DNA from: Thermoproteota archaeon
GTDB lineage: Archaea > Asgardarchaeota > Jordiarchaeia > Jordiarchaeales > Freyrarchaeaceae
DNA length: 32,762 bases
Reading direction: 5' to 3'
Assembly: GCA_029258835.1 (NCBI GenBank)
Contig: JAPDJY010000056.1
Location: 1-32,762 of the forward strand
Below the pieces are notes generated by a model. It was not told the origin of the DNA and searched no databases. It saw only the letters and a program-made list of their open reading frames with translations. A program made the position numbers and the translations under genes. The first letter of the stretch is position 1. Each line of letters begins with the position of its first letter. This document shows positions 1 through 10,272 of the stretch, piece by piece.

Positions 1-127
1 GAAGGAGCGGGGTTACCCCAAAAGGGGGCGAGGCCAATGACCTGCTCCCAATGAACCCTGAGGGAGCCGAGGCTGATTTGTCCCAAAGCGGACACACGTC
101 TATAAAAGACTACGTCCGCTGAACCCC
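1..127 (+). mobile_element. Structured GC-rich element, probably the 3' end/omegaRNA region of an IS200/IS605 tnpB (truncated by window edge)
   Basis: Nested stems: GGGGTT(9-14)/AACCCC(122-127), CCCC-AAAA-GGGG(16-27), GCTCCC(44-49)/GGGAGC(62-67), AGCGGAC(87-93)/GTCCGCT(114-120). AATGA..CTGA K-turn-like pairs are present. Resemblance to archaeal tnpB tails is from memory only. Confidence 0.35.
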
Positions 128-383
128 TTACGTTTTTAACCATGAAGCAATGTATGATTAAAATTAAAAGTTATTGCCTAGGGTGCTGGCTGCTGCAAGA
201 GAAGGACTACAATGGAAAAGAACAAAAGTATGCTAATGCAAAAAGAATTTATACATTGGGGACTTCTGTTTTCTCCGCAGTTAAGATGGAAGGAAGTAGA
301 AGTTTGCATGTGTGTTATTTCATGTTCTTATCTAAAAAGTTTCTGGTTTACTTTTCTAATTACTTATTGGAAGGGTGATTTGG

Positions 384-3300
384 ATGACAGGTAATGAGTT
401 AACTATGGATGACAGGTGGGCGATAGTTGAAGCATTCTTAGAGGAGAAGGGACTGGTCCGCCAGCACCTAGACTCGTATAATGACTTTGTGGAGCATGGA
501 ATGCAAGAGGTGGTTGACGAGGTCGGAAAAATAGATGTGGAAGGAGAGGATTACTATGTTAAGCTGGGGAAGATAGAGGTTGGGCCGCCCACCATCAAAG
601 AGGCTGATGGTTCACGGAACTTATTGACGCCTGCTGAAGCGCGGATTAGAAACCTGACCTATTCTGCCCCTATATATTTAGAGATGAGTATAGTTTACAA
701 GGGTGATGGGAGGGAAATCGAGGAAGAACCTGTTCAAGTTTACATAGGCCAGCTTCCTATAATGTTGAAGTCTGTTAAGTGTCCTCTTTCAGAGATGAGT
801 AAGGAAGAGCTAATAGAGATAGGGGAAGACCCTGATGATCCCGGAGGGTACTTCATCATAAATGGATCTGAGAGAGTGCTGGTTACCCAAGAAGACTTGG
901 CGCCTAACAGGATCCTTGTGGAAGAAGTGAATAAGGGAGGACCTATCACTCATATAGCGAAGGTGTTTAGTACGTCTAGGGGCTTCAGGGCGCCAGTCAC
1001 CATGGAGAGAAGGAGAGATGGAACGCTGAAGGTATCGTTCCCCTCTGTCCCCGGGAAGATCCCGTTGGTTGTTTTAATGCGTGCTCTTGGACTGGTCACC
1101 GACCAACAGGTCGCAAGTACGATAGAGGCAGACGACCCGGAAATACTGAACGAGTTTATTCTTTCAATAGACGAGGCTTCGCCGATTTCTACAAGGGAGG
1201 ACGCGTTAGACTATGTAGGAAAGAGAGTTGCTGTGGGGCAAACGAGGGATTACAGGATTAAGAGGGCGGAGCAAGTTCTTGACAAGTATTTGCTTCCGCA
1301 CGTAGGGACGGAGCCGGAGGACAGGTTAAAGAAGGCATTCTATCTTGGCCAAATGGCGCAACGCCTTATAGAGTTGGCGTTGAAGCGAAGGCAGCCAGAC
1401 GATAAGGATCACTACGCCAACAAGCGACTTAAACTAGCGGGAAGCTTGCTAATGAGCTTGTTCAGGGTGGCTTTCCTTAACTTATGCAAGGACATTAAGT
1501 ACCAGCTTGAGAGAAATGCTGCTCGAGGTAGACGGCGTAACATAGCTAATGCTGTCCGCGCAGATGTAATAACTGACAGGCTGTATCATGCCCTCGCTAC
1601 TGGCAACTGGGTTGGAGGAAAGTCGGGTGTTAGCCAGCTTCTCGACAGAACAAACTACATGTCAACCTTAAGCCATCTTCGAAGGGTAACTTCTCCTTTA
1701 AGTCGAAGTCAGCCTCACTTCGAAGCAAGAGATTTACATGCAACTCACTGGGGGAAGGTGTGCCCAAACGAAACACCTGAAGGGCCAAACTGCGGCCTCG
1801 TAAAGAACCTCGCTTTGCTTGCTTACATATCAGTTGGCTTAAACGAGGAAGAGGTTGAGGCAAAGCTCATAGAGCTAGGGCTTCACCCGATAGAGGAGTT
1901 CAGCCGCGTTGGGAGAAGAGAGGGAGCCAAGGTTTTCTTGAACGGTAGGCTTGTAGGGTTCCATAAGGACCCCGAAAAACTCGCTAATACCATTAGGGAG
2001 CTTAGAAGGAGGGGAGAGATAAGCGACGAAGTTAACGTTGCATACTACGATGACGCTGATGAAGTTCAAATAAATTGTGATGCTGGGCGGGTAAGGAGGC
2101 CGTACATTATAGTCGAGAACGGGGTGCCTAAGTTTAAACCTGAACATACGGAGAAGCTGAGAAGTAAAGAGTGGACGTTCACCGACTTGGTAAGGAGAGG
2201 TATAATTGAGTACTTAGATGCTGAGGAGGAGGAGGAAGCGTACATCGCGTTGAACCCAGAGGATGTAGAGGAGGAAACTACTCATCTGGAAATTGCGCCA
2301 GTAACTATTCTTGGAATATCCGCGGGAATAATACCATATGCGGAACATAATCAGAGTCCTAGAAACACTTACGAGGCAGGGATGGCGAAACAAGCTTTGG
2401 GGTTATTCGCTTCAAACTATAAGCTTAGGATGGACACTAGGTCACATCTTCTCCACTACCCTCAGGTGCCCATAGTTAGCACTAGGGTAGCAAAGGTTTC
2501 AGGATTTGAGGAGAGGCCGGCAGGGCAAAACTTCATAGTAGCAGTCTTATCCTACGAGGGATACAACATAGAGGACGCTCTCATAATAAACAAGGCGTCC
2601 ATTGAGCGGGGGTTGGGGCGGTCATCGTTCTTTAGATGCTACGAAGCCGAGGAAAGAAAGTATCCCGGAGGACAGGAAGACAGGTTTGAAATTCCTGACC
2701 CGAACGTTAGAGGGTACAGGGCCTCTGAAGTGTACAGGCACCTTTCAGAAGACGGCGTCGTAGAACCTGAAACCGAAGTCGAGGGAGGCGAAATAATAAT
2801 CGGCAGGACGAGCCCGCCGAGGTTCCTAGAGGAGAGAGCAGAGTTTGAGGTGGCTGCACAGGCGAGAAGAGAGACCTCCATTAGCATAAGACACGGGGAA
2901 AAAGGCACCGTGGACACAGTGGTAATAACGGAAACAATCGATGGAAATCGCCTTGTAAAAGTGAAAATTAGAGATCAAAGAGTACCCGAGCTTGGAGACA
3001 AATTTGCGACGAGGCATGGGCAAAAGGGCGTAATAGGAATGATAGTCCCCCAAGAGGACATGCCATTTACCGAGGACGGCATAGTTCCAGACGTGATAAT
3101 AAATCCTCACGCATTTCCGTCGAGAATGACGTTGGGACAAATAATAGAGTCACTAGCAGGAAAGGTGGGATGCCTAGCTGGAAGGAGGGTAGATGGAACA
3201 GCTTTCTGCGGGGAGAAACCCGAGGATCTATGTCAGGAGCTTAAAAGCTTGGGCTTCAAGTATAACGGGAAAGAAGTCATGTACAATGGAATAACGGGTG

Positions 3301-3728
3301 AAAAATATGAAGTGGATATTTTCATAGGCGTCGTATACTACCAAAAACTGCATCATATGGTTGCTGATAAGATCCATGCACGGTCGAGGGGGCCAGTGCA
3401 GATACTGACGAGGCAACCAACAGAGGGCAGAGCAAGGGAAGGAGGGCTTAGATTTGGCGAAATGGAACGGGATTGCTTAATAGGGATGGGAGCAGCACTC
3501 TTACTTAAGGAAAAGTTAGTAGATGAGTCTGACAGAACAGAGATCTATGTTTGCGAAGAATGCGGGGCGCTTGCCGTCCAAACACAAAACAGGAAGCTCT
3601 ACTGTCCCCTCTGCGGTGAGAAGGCACGCATCTCGAAGGCGGTTGTAAGCTATGCGTTCAAGCTGTTAATCCAAGAGCTTATGTCCATGTGCATTTTCCC
3701 GAGGTTAAAATTGGAAAGCATGGTTTAA
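384..3728 (+). CDS. rpoB: DNA-directed RNA polymerase subunit B (unsplit Rpo2)
   Basis: Motifs [64 protein letters not shown] and a C-terminal CxxC..CxxC. ATG at 384 follows a GGTGA Shine-Dalgarno; the ORF track starts at GTG 375. Confidence 0.98.
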   Translation: MTGNELTMDDRWAIVEAFLEEKGLVRQHLDSYNDFVEHGMQEVVDEVGKIDVEGEDYYVKLGKIEVGPPTIKEADGSRNLLTPAEARIRNLTYSAPIYLEMSIVYKGDGREIEEEPVQVYIGQLPIMLKSVKCPLSEMSKEELIEIGEDPDDPGGYFIINGSERVLVTQEDLAPNRILVEEVNKGGPITHIAKVFSTSRGFRAPVTMERRRDGTLKVSFPSVPGKIPLVVLMRALGLVTDQQVASTIEADDPEILNEFILSIDEASPISTREDALDYVGKRVAVGQTRDYRIKRAEQVLDKYLLPHVGTEPEDRLKKAFYLGQMAQRLIELALKRRQPDDKDHYANKRLKLAGSLLMSLFRVAFLNLCKDIKYQLERNAARGRRRNIANAVRADVITDRLYHALATGNWVGGKSGVSQLLDRTNYMSTLSHLRRVTSPLSRSQPHFEARDLHATHWGKVCPNETPEGPNCGLVKNLALLAYISVGLNEEEVEAKLIELGLHPIEEFSRVGRREGAKVFLNGRLVGFHKDPEKLANTIRELRRRGEISDEVNVAYYDDADEVQINCDAGRVRRPYIIVENGVPKFKPEHTEKLRSKEWTFTDLVRRGIIEYLDAEEEEEAYIALNPEDVEEETTHLEIAPVTILGISAGIIPYAEHNQSPRNTYEAGMAKQALGLFASNYKLRMDTRSHLLHYPQVPIVSTRVAKVSGFEERPAGQNFIVAVLSYEGYNIEDALIINKASIERGLGRSSFFRCYEAEERKYPGGQEDRFEIPDPNVRGYRASEVYRHLSEDGVVEPETEVEGGEIIIGRTSPPRFLEERAEFEVAAQARRETSISIRHGEKGTVDTVVITETIDGNRLVKVKIRDQRVPELGDKFATRHGQKGVIGMIVPQEDMPFTEDGIVPDVIINPHAFPSRMTLGQIIESLAGKVGCLAGRRVDGTAFCGEKPEDLCQELKSLGFKYNGKEVMYNGITGEKYEVDIFIGVVYYQKLHHMVADKIHARSRGPVQILTRQPTEGRAREGGLRFGEMERDCLIGMGAALLLKEKLVDESDRTEIYVCEECGALAVQTQNRKLYCPLCGEKARISKAVVSYAFKLLIQELMSMCIFPRLKLESMV

Positions 3729-3746
3729 CCCCGTTTTATTTTTGCC

Positions 3747-4187
3747 CTACTTCCGTCTGCTATCAGTTACTATTATTGATTTGAAGTTTTTGACTCCTTC
3801 AAGCGAAGCTATTTTATCTTGTATGAAAAAAGAAAGGTCCTCGATAGCATTCACCCTAATAAAAACTACGATGCTTGGCGTTCCCACCATACATGTGTAG
3901 ATCTCGTTGACCTCTGGGTACGAGTACAATTTTTCCGTTATGGAACTAAGTTTTTTGAGTTCTGCTTCTATTAAAAGAATTGCGAAAACCTTAAACCCGA
4001 GCTTTTTCCAGTCAAGGTCCACTGTGAACTTTTTAATGACGCCTTTTTTGAGAAGCTTCTTTATTCTGTTAGCTACCGTCCCGGTGCTGACGCCAACGAT
4101 TAACGATATTTCATTAAAACTTTTTCTACCTTCATTAAGCAATATTGAAATAATCTTCCGGTCTATGTTATCAATTTCCTCATTCAT
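3747..4187 (-). CDS. Lrp/AsnC family transcriptional regulator
   Basis: IDNIDRKIISILLNEGRKSFNEIS..VGVSTGTVANRIKKL..GVIKKF helix-turn-helix plus RAM-like C-terminal domain; 146 aa. Confidence 0.93.
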   Translation of the reverse strand: MNEEIDNIDRKIISILLNEGRKSFNEISLIVGVSTGTVANRIKKLLKKGVIKKFTVDLDWKKLGFKVFAILLIEAELKKLSSITEKLYSYPEVNEIYTCMVGTPSIVVFIRVNAIEDLSFFIQDKIASLEGVKNFKSIIVTDSRRK

Positions 4188-4489
4188 ACGCTACCCTCAG
4201 GACAGCGACGATGAAAACGGGATAATACCTGAGTGAAAGAGACGAACACACGACCCACCTAAGCACTTAGAGTTACTGAAAGTTAAAGCGGATGACATGG
4301 AAGGAAAGGTATAATGGAGAGAAAATAACATGATTGTAATGTTGAAGCGTTACGTTAAAAGTATACCGTTGATAAATAAAACAGAATGCTTAAAAATAAC
4401 GGTATAAAAACCAAATGAAACTTTGGTAAAGAACCCTATGAGGTATTAAAAAGCAGCATACAGAACAGAAAGGACTAGATAGAGGAAGA

Positions 4490-4615
4490 TGGCGGGCTGG
4501 GCGGGATTCGAACCCGCGACCGCCGGGTTAAAAGCTTCGCCCATGGTCCGGCGCTTTAGGCGAGCATTTAGATGCTCTACCTAGGTTCCCGGCTCCGCCT
4601 CTGAGCTACCAGCCC
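4490..4615 (-). tRNA. tRNA-Lys(UUU) with three non-canonical introns (approx. 15/16, 22/23, 30/31), CCA encoded
   Basis: Removing about 4600-4586, 4576-4556 and 4547-4536 gives GGGCTGGTAGCTCAGCCTAGGTAGAGCGCCGGGCTTTTAACCCGGCGGTCGCGGGTTCGAATCCCGCCCAGCCCGCCA, a complete cloverleaf. The first intron boundary is uncertain by 1 nt. Confidence 0.92.
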
Positions 4616-4646
4616 GTATCATTGAATGAATTATCATGGAAGGCTA

Positions 4647-4660
4647 CTTATATTTTTTGG
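4647..4660 (-). promoter_or_regulatory. Putative BRE/TATA for tRNA-Lys
   Basis: Minus strand reads CCAAAAAATATAAG about 30-45 nt upstream of the mature tRNA 5' end. Confidence 0.35.
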
Positions 4661-4801
4661 ATTGCAAATTGAAAGGAGAATGCAATGTAAATTCTGGATT
4701 TAAACGTAGCAGGGAAAAATGAAGGGGCATGTCAGGGTTAATCTTGCGATGTGCTGTGTTTAAATACGTTTAGGCAGCTTATCTGGTGGGTTTACTTGAA
4801 T

Positions 4802-6466
4802 ATGGATGACGCCTTAAAAAAGGAATGGTTTCGTTTTAACAGTAAATTAGTGGTAAATGAGGGGCAGTTTGGCCTCTTAGAGGTTTTCAAGAGAAATTTT
4901 GGAAGAGAACGAATGTTAGAGAAGAAAATATTAAAGGTAGACGAGTACGAAGTGGGACCGTATAAAGTTTGTATTTTCTCCTCCCCAAGAGAGCTCGAAT
5001 TTATATATGGCGTCAGTGATTCTTCAGTTGAACTGCTGAGTGAAAAATTGGTTGAACATCTCTCATCAACACTAGCAGATAATATTGCCTATAAAATTAA
5101 GGGGTTACATTTATTTGATAAGTTTCTTGCATTTACCGTTGATGAGGCAGTTAGACAGCTCCAAGGCTATTTGGAACTCTCCGAGGAAACGGCAAGAAAA
5201 GTGGCGTTAAGCTTAGCGTTCAGGTGCGCTGGTTTATCTGCAATTGCCCCTTTGCTGTTAGATGATAAAGTAGAGGAGTTTTACCTCGATGGAAAAGAGG
5301 AAAACGTATATTTAGACCATAGAGATTGGGGGCGATGCAAAACTAACATTATACTGTCTGATAAGGACATAGAAAGAGTTCTTACTAGAATACGGCTTGA
5401 GAGTGGGTTTCGACTTGATGAGGTACATCCTTCGCTGAAGGCTGAGGTGCTAACCAAATTCTTCAGGGTAAGAGTCTTAGTTGATATTCCACCCATAGCA
5501 GCAAAGGGAATTATGTTAACCTTCAGGAGAATGCGAAAAAAACCGTATACGATTCCTGAATTAATTTATAATGGCACGATATCGGTCGAAGCCGCGGCCT
5601 ATCTTCTTTTCTGCATTCTAAGAAGGTTTAACATTTGTGTTATAGGGGAGCCTAGGGCAGGTAAGACAACAATGATAAATGCCCTTGACTTAATGACGCC
5701 ATTAAACTGGAGGAAGGTATATGTTGAAGATGTTATTGAAAGTCTTTCCCTCCAAGAGCATGGGAGCCACCAAGCGAAGGTTAAAGTGAAGCCGCCGGAG
5801 GAAGAAGGGGAGAAAAGCAAGGCTAAAGAAATTACACAGCTACTCCATCGTTCTCCCGACTGGGTTTTCCTAGGAGAAATACGCACAAGGGAGGATAGCT
5901 GGGCGATGTTCCACGCCCTTACAGCAGGGTTGGTAGGGCTTCAGACATGCCACGGCAGATCCGTAGAGGACATCATTTTACGTTGGGTTATCCATCACGG
6001 AATACCATTAACTAACCTTAAGGCATTAGATATAATTGTAGAGATGAAAATGCTACCTAGCATTGCCGGAAGGCCTAAACGACGGGTTATGAAGATTGTC
6101 GAGGCAAGCGATGATCCACGGAAGTTTTTAACAGTCGAAAAGCTTTTCTCGGGGGAAGCGTTCATTGACGTTTTCGCATGGAGCCCGGAGAGAGATGAAT
6201 TATCCCTAGTTACAGATCTCCTTAAAACACCCTCTCTCAAAAAGATACGTAAGCGGTTTAATGCGAGTGAGGAAGAAGTACTGGAGGAAATGGATGTCTA
6301 CAAGTTTACTTTCAGCAAAATGGTTGAGAAAAAGATCTTCACAGTTAAGGATAATGTTTCAATACTAAACCACCTTTATTATTTATCCTCCAACGTGGAT
6401 GAAGGGGAGATGGATTGGAAGGATGTAAAAAGAGAGATAGAGAAAATTATAGAGAAGCTACATTAA
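4802..6466 (+). CDS. Type II/IV secretion (VirB11/TadA/FlaI-like) ATPase
   Basis: Walker A GEPRAGKTT, Asp-box-like VYVEDVIE, LHRSPDWVFLGEIR Walker B region and a TCHG His box. Start uncertain (ORF track 4751; ATG 4802 preferred). Confidence 0.88.
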   Translation: MDDALKKEWFRFNSKLVVNEGQFGLLEVFKRNFGRERMLEKKILKVDEYEVGPYKVCIFSSPRELEFIYGVSDSSVELLSEKLVEHLSSTLADNIAYKIKGLHLFDKFLAFTVDEAVRQLQGYLELSEETARKVALSLAFRCAGLSAIAPLLLDDKVEEFYLDGKEENVYLDHRDWGRCKTNIILSDKDIERVLTRIRLESGFRLDEVHPSLKAEVLTKFFRVRVLVDIPPIAAKGIMLTFRRMRKKPYTIPELIYNGTISVEAAAYLLFCILRRFNICVIGEPRAGKTTMINALDLMTPLNWRKVYVEDVIESLSLQEHGSHQAKVKVKPPEEEGEKSKAKEITQLLHRSPDWVFLGEIRTREDSWAMFHALTAGLVGLQTCHGRSVEDIILRWVIHHGIPLTNLKALDIIVEMKMLPSIAGRPKRRVMKIVEASDDPRKFLTVEKLFSGEAFIDVFAWSPERDELSLVTDLLKTPSLKKIRKRFNASEEEVLEEMDVYKFTFSKMVEKKIFTVKDNVSILNHLYYLSSNVDEGEMDWKDVKREIEKIIEKLH

Positions 6467-7272
6467 TTATCATTAATATCTGCAAGCATTTAGCGTCGTT
6501 GCTTCCGTTTAAGCTACCAACGACCAATTTAAAAACGAGGGAAAAGGAAATAAACATAATACTTAAAAAGCTTCAAGTTACTAGTGAAGAGCTGCATACT
6601 GGGAGTTTAATCTTTAGCATACTCGTTGGGATACTTATTTTTTTACCATCAACCATTTTGCTGAAAAACGTAGGCATCGCAATAACATTTACTGTTACCA
6701 CGAGTATAGCGGCCTATAATTTACCTTTCACGCTTCTTTTAAAAGAACTAGAGAGAAGGAAGAGAGTATATGGCTTATATGCAGACACGATCATTAAGAT
6801 GATCCTATTCGCAGAGCGCACCACAGGAAACATATATGATGCAATTATACCATTAACACGGCTCGATGAGGAAGAGGTAACGTTTACATTTAGAAAAATT
6901 GCGAGGAGGATTCTCTGTGGAGAAAACATGGAAAAAGCGATAATTCGTTTTGCACAGAGACAACCAACGAGAGCATTGAAATTGTATCTTCCTTTGGTGG
7001 TAAGAGCGAAAAGTGTTCATATGACATGGCGGCAGGTGGTTAATAAAGCTAGAATGGAAATTAGAGACGAATACCAAAGATATACGTTAGAGCTTGAAAA
7101 TAGGATGATGCTTGTAACAAGTATAACCTTTCTCTTACCAGTATTCTTAACTATGTGGTCATTACTATTTGGAGCAACAACGTTTATCTACACCATTTTA
7201 CCGATCCAATTATGTGGCGCTATTCTCTTAAGCAGATTCTTTCTCTATTCAAAAAACAACTTAATAGAATAA
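6415..7272 (+). CDS. TadB/TadC (type II secretion F-like) membrane platform protein
   Basis: Four hydrophobic segments, FRKIARRILCGENMEKAI T2SS-F-like segment, and overlap with the secretion ATPase gene. Confidence 0.7.
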   Translation: MEGCKKRDRENYREATLIIINICKHLASLLPFKLPTTNLKTREKEINIILKKLQVTSEELHTGSLIFSILVGILIFLPSTILLKNVGIAITFTVTTSIAAYNLPFTLLLKELERRKRVYGLYADTIIKMILFAERTTGNIYDAIIPLTRLDEEEVTFTFRKIARRILCGENMEKAIIRFAQRQPTRALKLYLPLVVRAKSVHMTWRQVVNKARMEIRDEYQRYTLELENRMMLVTSITFLLPVFLTMWSLLFGATTFIYTILPIQLCGAILLSRFFLYSKNNLIE

Positions 7273-7356
7273 GCTATTTTGAAAGAAATTTAAAAGAGAA
7301 AGTAAGTTGATTTTTATGAATAATGCAAGCTGACAGGTTGTGTAAGGGGAAGGTTA

Positions 7357-8715
7357 ATGAGCAAGTTTATGCCGCTAACTCAAGGTGAAATAGAGGAAAT
7401 GCTAAGGGAAATAAGTATTGAAACCATAGAGGAACTCTTCGACGACATACCGCCTGAATTGAAAATAAGCATGGTTGAAGCACCACGCGGAAGAACAGAG
7501 TACGAAGTTAAGAGACATGTAATGAAAATATTAAGTAAAAACAAGCCATATAGCACCATGCCTCTATTCTTAGGAGGGGGCGTGTGGCCACATTACGTTC
7601 CCTCAGTTGTTAAATATTTATCTGCATTACCGGAATTTGTGACGGGCTACACTCCTTACCAACCTGAAATTTCACAGGGAATATTACAGGCACTCTTTGA
7701 ATATCAAAGCATGATCTGCGAGCTGACGGGAATGGACGTTGCTAATGCGTCGATGTACGATTGGGCTTCATCGCTAGGTGAAGCAGCCTTGATGGCTTTA
7801 AGGGTAACAGGGAAAAAGGAAATAGTGATACCTCAAGCGATAAGCCCTGAAAGGGAGGCTGTGCTTAAAACGTACATTCATGGCAAAGCAACGATCAGAA
7901 AAGTAGCATACGACGTGGAAACAGGCATGATCGATTTGGAAGGATTACAGAATGTGATATCTAAGGAGACAGCAGGAGTGTATATTGAAAACCCAAACTA
8001 CTTTGGAGTAATAGAGTGCGAAGCCGAGGAGGCCGGAAAAATAGCCCATGAAGTCGATGCCATCTTCATAGTAGGAGTCGACCCTATCTCGCTGGGAGTT
8101 CTAACCCCTCCAGGAGACTACGGTGCAGACATAGTTATAGGAGAAGGACAACCCTTAGGCGTGGGACTAAACTTTGGAGGCCCTCTTCTAGGTATTTTCA
8201 CGTGTCGTAACGATAAGAAAATGATCAGGAACATGCCTGGACGGATAATAGGGATAACGGAGGATTATGAAGGCAACAGGTGCTATACTATAACTCTCCA
8301 AACGAGAGAGCAACATATTAGACGTGAAAAGGCAACCAGCAACATTTGTTCCAACGAGACGCTCTGCGCGGTGCAAGCAGCAATTTACATGGCATACATG
8401 GGACCCAAAGGAATAGAGCAGGTGGCTAAAGTGTGCATGGCAAATGCAAGATATTTAATGAAGAAAATAGACGCGATAAACGGTTTTAAGGCACCGATCT
8501 TCTCAGCCCCTCACTTTAAGGAGTTCACTGTGAGAACAGATTTCCCATCAACGGAAGTTCATAAAACGCTCATAAATAGCGGCGTACACGGAGGAAAAAT
8601 GTTAAAGGACGAGTTTCCAGAGCTAGGGGAAGTATTCCTTTTCTGCGTAACCGAAGTACATACAGAAGAAGACGTCGAGGCCTTAATTAAAGCATTATCA
8701 AGCATTTCAAGCTAG
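7357..8715 (+). CDS. gcvPA: Glycine dehydrogenase (decarboxylating) subunit 1
   Basis: FLGGG, GYTPYQPEISQGILQALFEYQ, ANASMYD, LQTREQHIRREKATSNICSN. Confidence 0.97.
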   Translation: MSKFMPLTQGEIEEMLREISIETIEELFDDIPPELKISMVEAPRGRTEYEVKRHVMKILSKNKPYSTMPLFLGGGVWPHYVPSVVKYLSALPEFVTGYTPYQPEISQGILQALFEYQSMICELTGMDVANASMYDWASSLGEAALMALRVTGKKEIVIPQAISPEREAVLKTYIHGKATIRKVAYDVETGMIDLEGLQNVISKETAGVYIENPNYFGVIECEAEEAGKIAHEVDAIFIVGVDPISLGVLTPPGDYGADIVIGEGQPLGVGLNFGGPLLGIFTCRNDKKMIRNMPGRIIGITEDYEGNRCYTITLQTREQHIRREKATSNICSNETLCAVQAAIYMAYMGPKGIEQVAKVCMANARYLMKKIDAINGFKAPIFSAPHFKEFTVRTDFPSTEVHKTLINSGVHGGKMLKDEFPELGEVFLFCVTEVHTEEDVEALIKALSSISS

Positions 8716-8718
8716 AAG

Positions 8719-10272
8719 GTGTTTAAAATGGCGGAGTTCAGGCAAGCCACGTGGAGGTATAAGGATAAGGTCTTAGAGCCAACGGTGTTCGAGCTTTCCA
8801 AGAAGGGAAGAGAGGGACATAAACCTCCAGAACCAATCAAAAAAGCACGTGAACTAGTAGAGGAAGTAATTGCCATGATACCTGAAAGAATGAGGAGGAA
8901 AAAGCCGCCTAACCTACCTGAACTATCAGAGGTTGAAGTTGTTAGACATTACACCCGACTAGCGCAAATGAACTACTGTGTAGACCTAGGATTTTACCCT
9001 TTAGGGTCCTGCACTATGAAATATAACCCAAAGATATGCGAAGAGATCGCTAGTGTTCCTGAGGTAGCCTACGTCCACCCCAACCAAGATGAGGAAACGG
9101 TTCAAGGAGCATTAGAGATACTTTATGAAACAGAAAGGATGCTCGCCGAGATTTTAGGCATGAGTAGGGTAACTCTTCAGCCAGCTGCTGGAGCTCAGGG
9201 GGAGCTTACTGGTATGGCAATGGCGAGAAGGTACTTTGAGGACCTCGAAGAGGACCGGAAAGACGTTTTAATACCAGATTCAGCTCACGGTACGAATCCT
9301 GCAAGTGCGAGAATGTGCGGTTTCAACGTGGTTACAATTCCTTCAAACGAAGAAGGATTGGTGGACTTAGATGCTTTAGAAGCTATAATCGGAGAGCAAG
9401 TAGCCTGCTTAATGCTGACAAACCCGAACACATTAGGGCTTTTCGAGAGGGACATATTAAAAATTTCTAGAATAGTCCATGAATATGGTGCCCTACTATA
9501 TTTAGACGGAGCCAATATGAACGCGTTGTTAGGTGTAGTTAAACCTGGAGATATGGGATTTGACATAGCCCACGTAAATCTTCATAAAACGTTTTCTACT
9601 CCTCATGGTGGTGGCGGTCCAGGAGCAGGACCCGTAGGGGTTAACGAACGGTTAGTTGAGTACCTTCCAGTACCAACGGTAGAGTACGACGAAGAAAAAC
9701 AGAAGTACTACCTTAACTATAACAGGCCGAAAACTATTGGGAAGGTCAGAAGCTTTTATGGAAATTTCACCGTGATCTTAAAAGCGTACATTTACTTGAA
9801 AATGATTGGAAGAGAGGGATTAAGACGGGTTGCTGAGGTAGCCGTACTCAATGCAAATTACCTTGCTAAGAGGATAGAGAAGATAAAGGGGTTCTCATTA
9901 CCATATAAAGGCTTGTATAAACACGAATTTGTAGTGAGTGCTGCACAGTTAAAAAAAGACGCCGGCGTCACCGCGCTGGACATTGCAAAAAGGATATTGG
10001 ACTATGGGATTCACCCGCCAACGATATACTTTCCTTTAATAGTACCTGAAGCCTTAATGATCGAGCCAACTGAAACAGAAAATCTTGACACATTAAGAAG
10101 GTTCGTTGAAGTCATGGAGAAAATTTCTGAGGAGGCGTATACTAAACCAGATGTGTTGAAACGCGCCCCACATAACACATCAGTAAGAAGGGTGGATGAA
10201 GCTAAAGCGGCAAAAGAGCAAATTCTAACATGGAAAATGTACCTTGAAGGGAAGGCAGCAATGGAGCATTAA
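8719..10272 (+). CDS. gcvPB: Glycine dehydrogenase (decarboxylating) subunit 2
   Basis: [33 protein letters not shown] and the PLP lysine motif [18 protein letters not shown]. Confidence 0.97.
   Translation: MFKMAEFRQATWRYKDKVLEPTVFELSKKGREGHKPPEPIKKARELVEEVIAMIPERMRRKKPPNLPELSEVEVVRHYTRLAQMNYCVDLGFYPLGSCTMKYNPKICEEIASVPEVAYVHPNQDEETVQGALEILYETERMLAEILGMSRVTLQPAAGAQGELTGMAMARRYFEDLEEDRKDVLIPDSAHGTNPASARMCGFNVVTIPSNEEGLVDLDALEAIIGEQVACLMLTNPNTLGLFERDILKISRIVHEYGALLYLDGANMNALLGVVKPGDMGFDIAHVNLHKTFSTPHGGGGPGAGPVGVNERLVEYLPVPTVEYDEEKQKYYLNYNRPKTIGKVRSFYGNFTVILKAYIYLKMIGREGLRRVAEVAVLNANYLAKRIEKIKGFSLPYKGLYKHEFVVSAAQLKKDAGVTALDIAKRILDYGIHPPTIYFPLIVPEALMIEPTETENLDTLRRFVEVMEKISEEAYTKPDVLKRAPHNTSVRRVDEAKAAKEQILTWKMYLEGKAAMEH

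Noticed and set aside
142-394. Short ORFs 142-378 and 212-394 as rpoH
   Set aside because: No RpoH motifs (HELVPKH, LPKI..SDP, YYR); AT-rich sequence that looks like the rpoB promoter region.
4205-4280. Possible C/D box sRNA (ACGATGA..CTGA..GTGAAAGA)
   Set aside because: Boxes are degenerate, there is no well-spaced terminal D box, and no target could be identified.
8740-8790. Short apparent insertion (RYKDKVL) near the GcvPB N-terminus as an in-frame intron
   Set aside because: No BHB or hairpin could be folded there.
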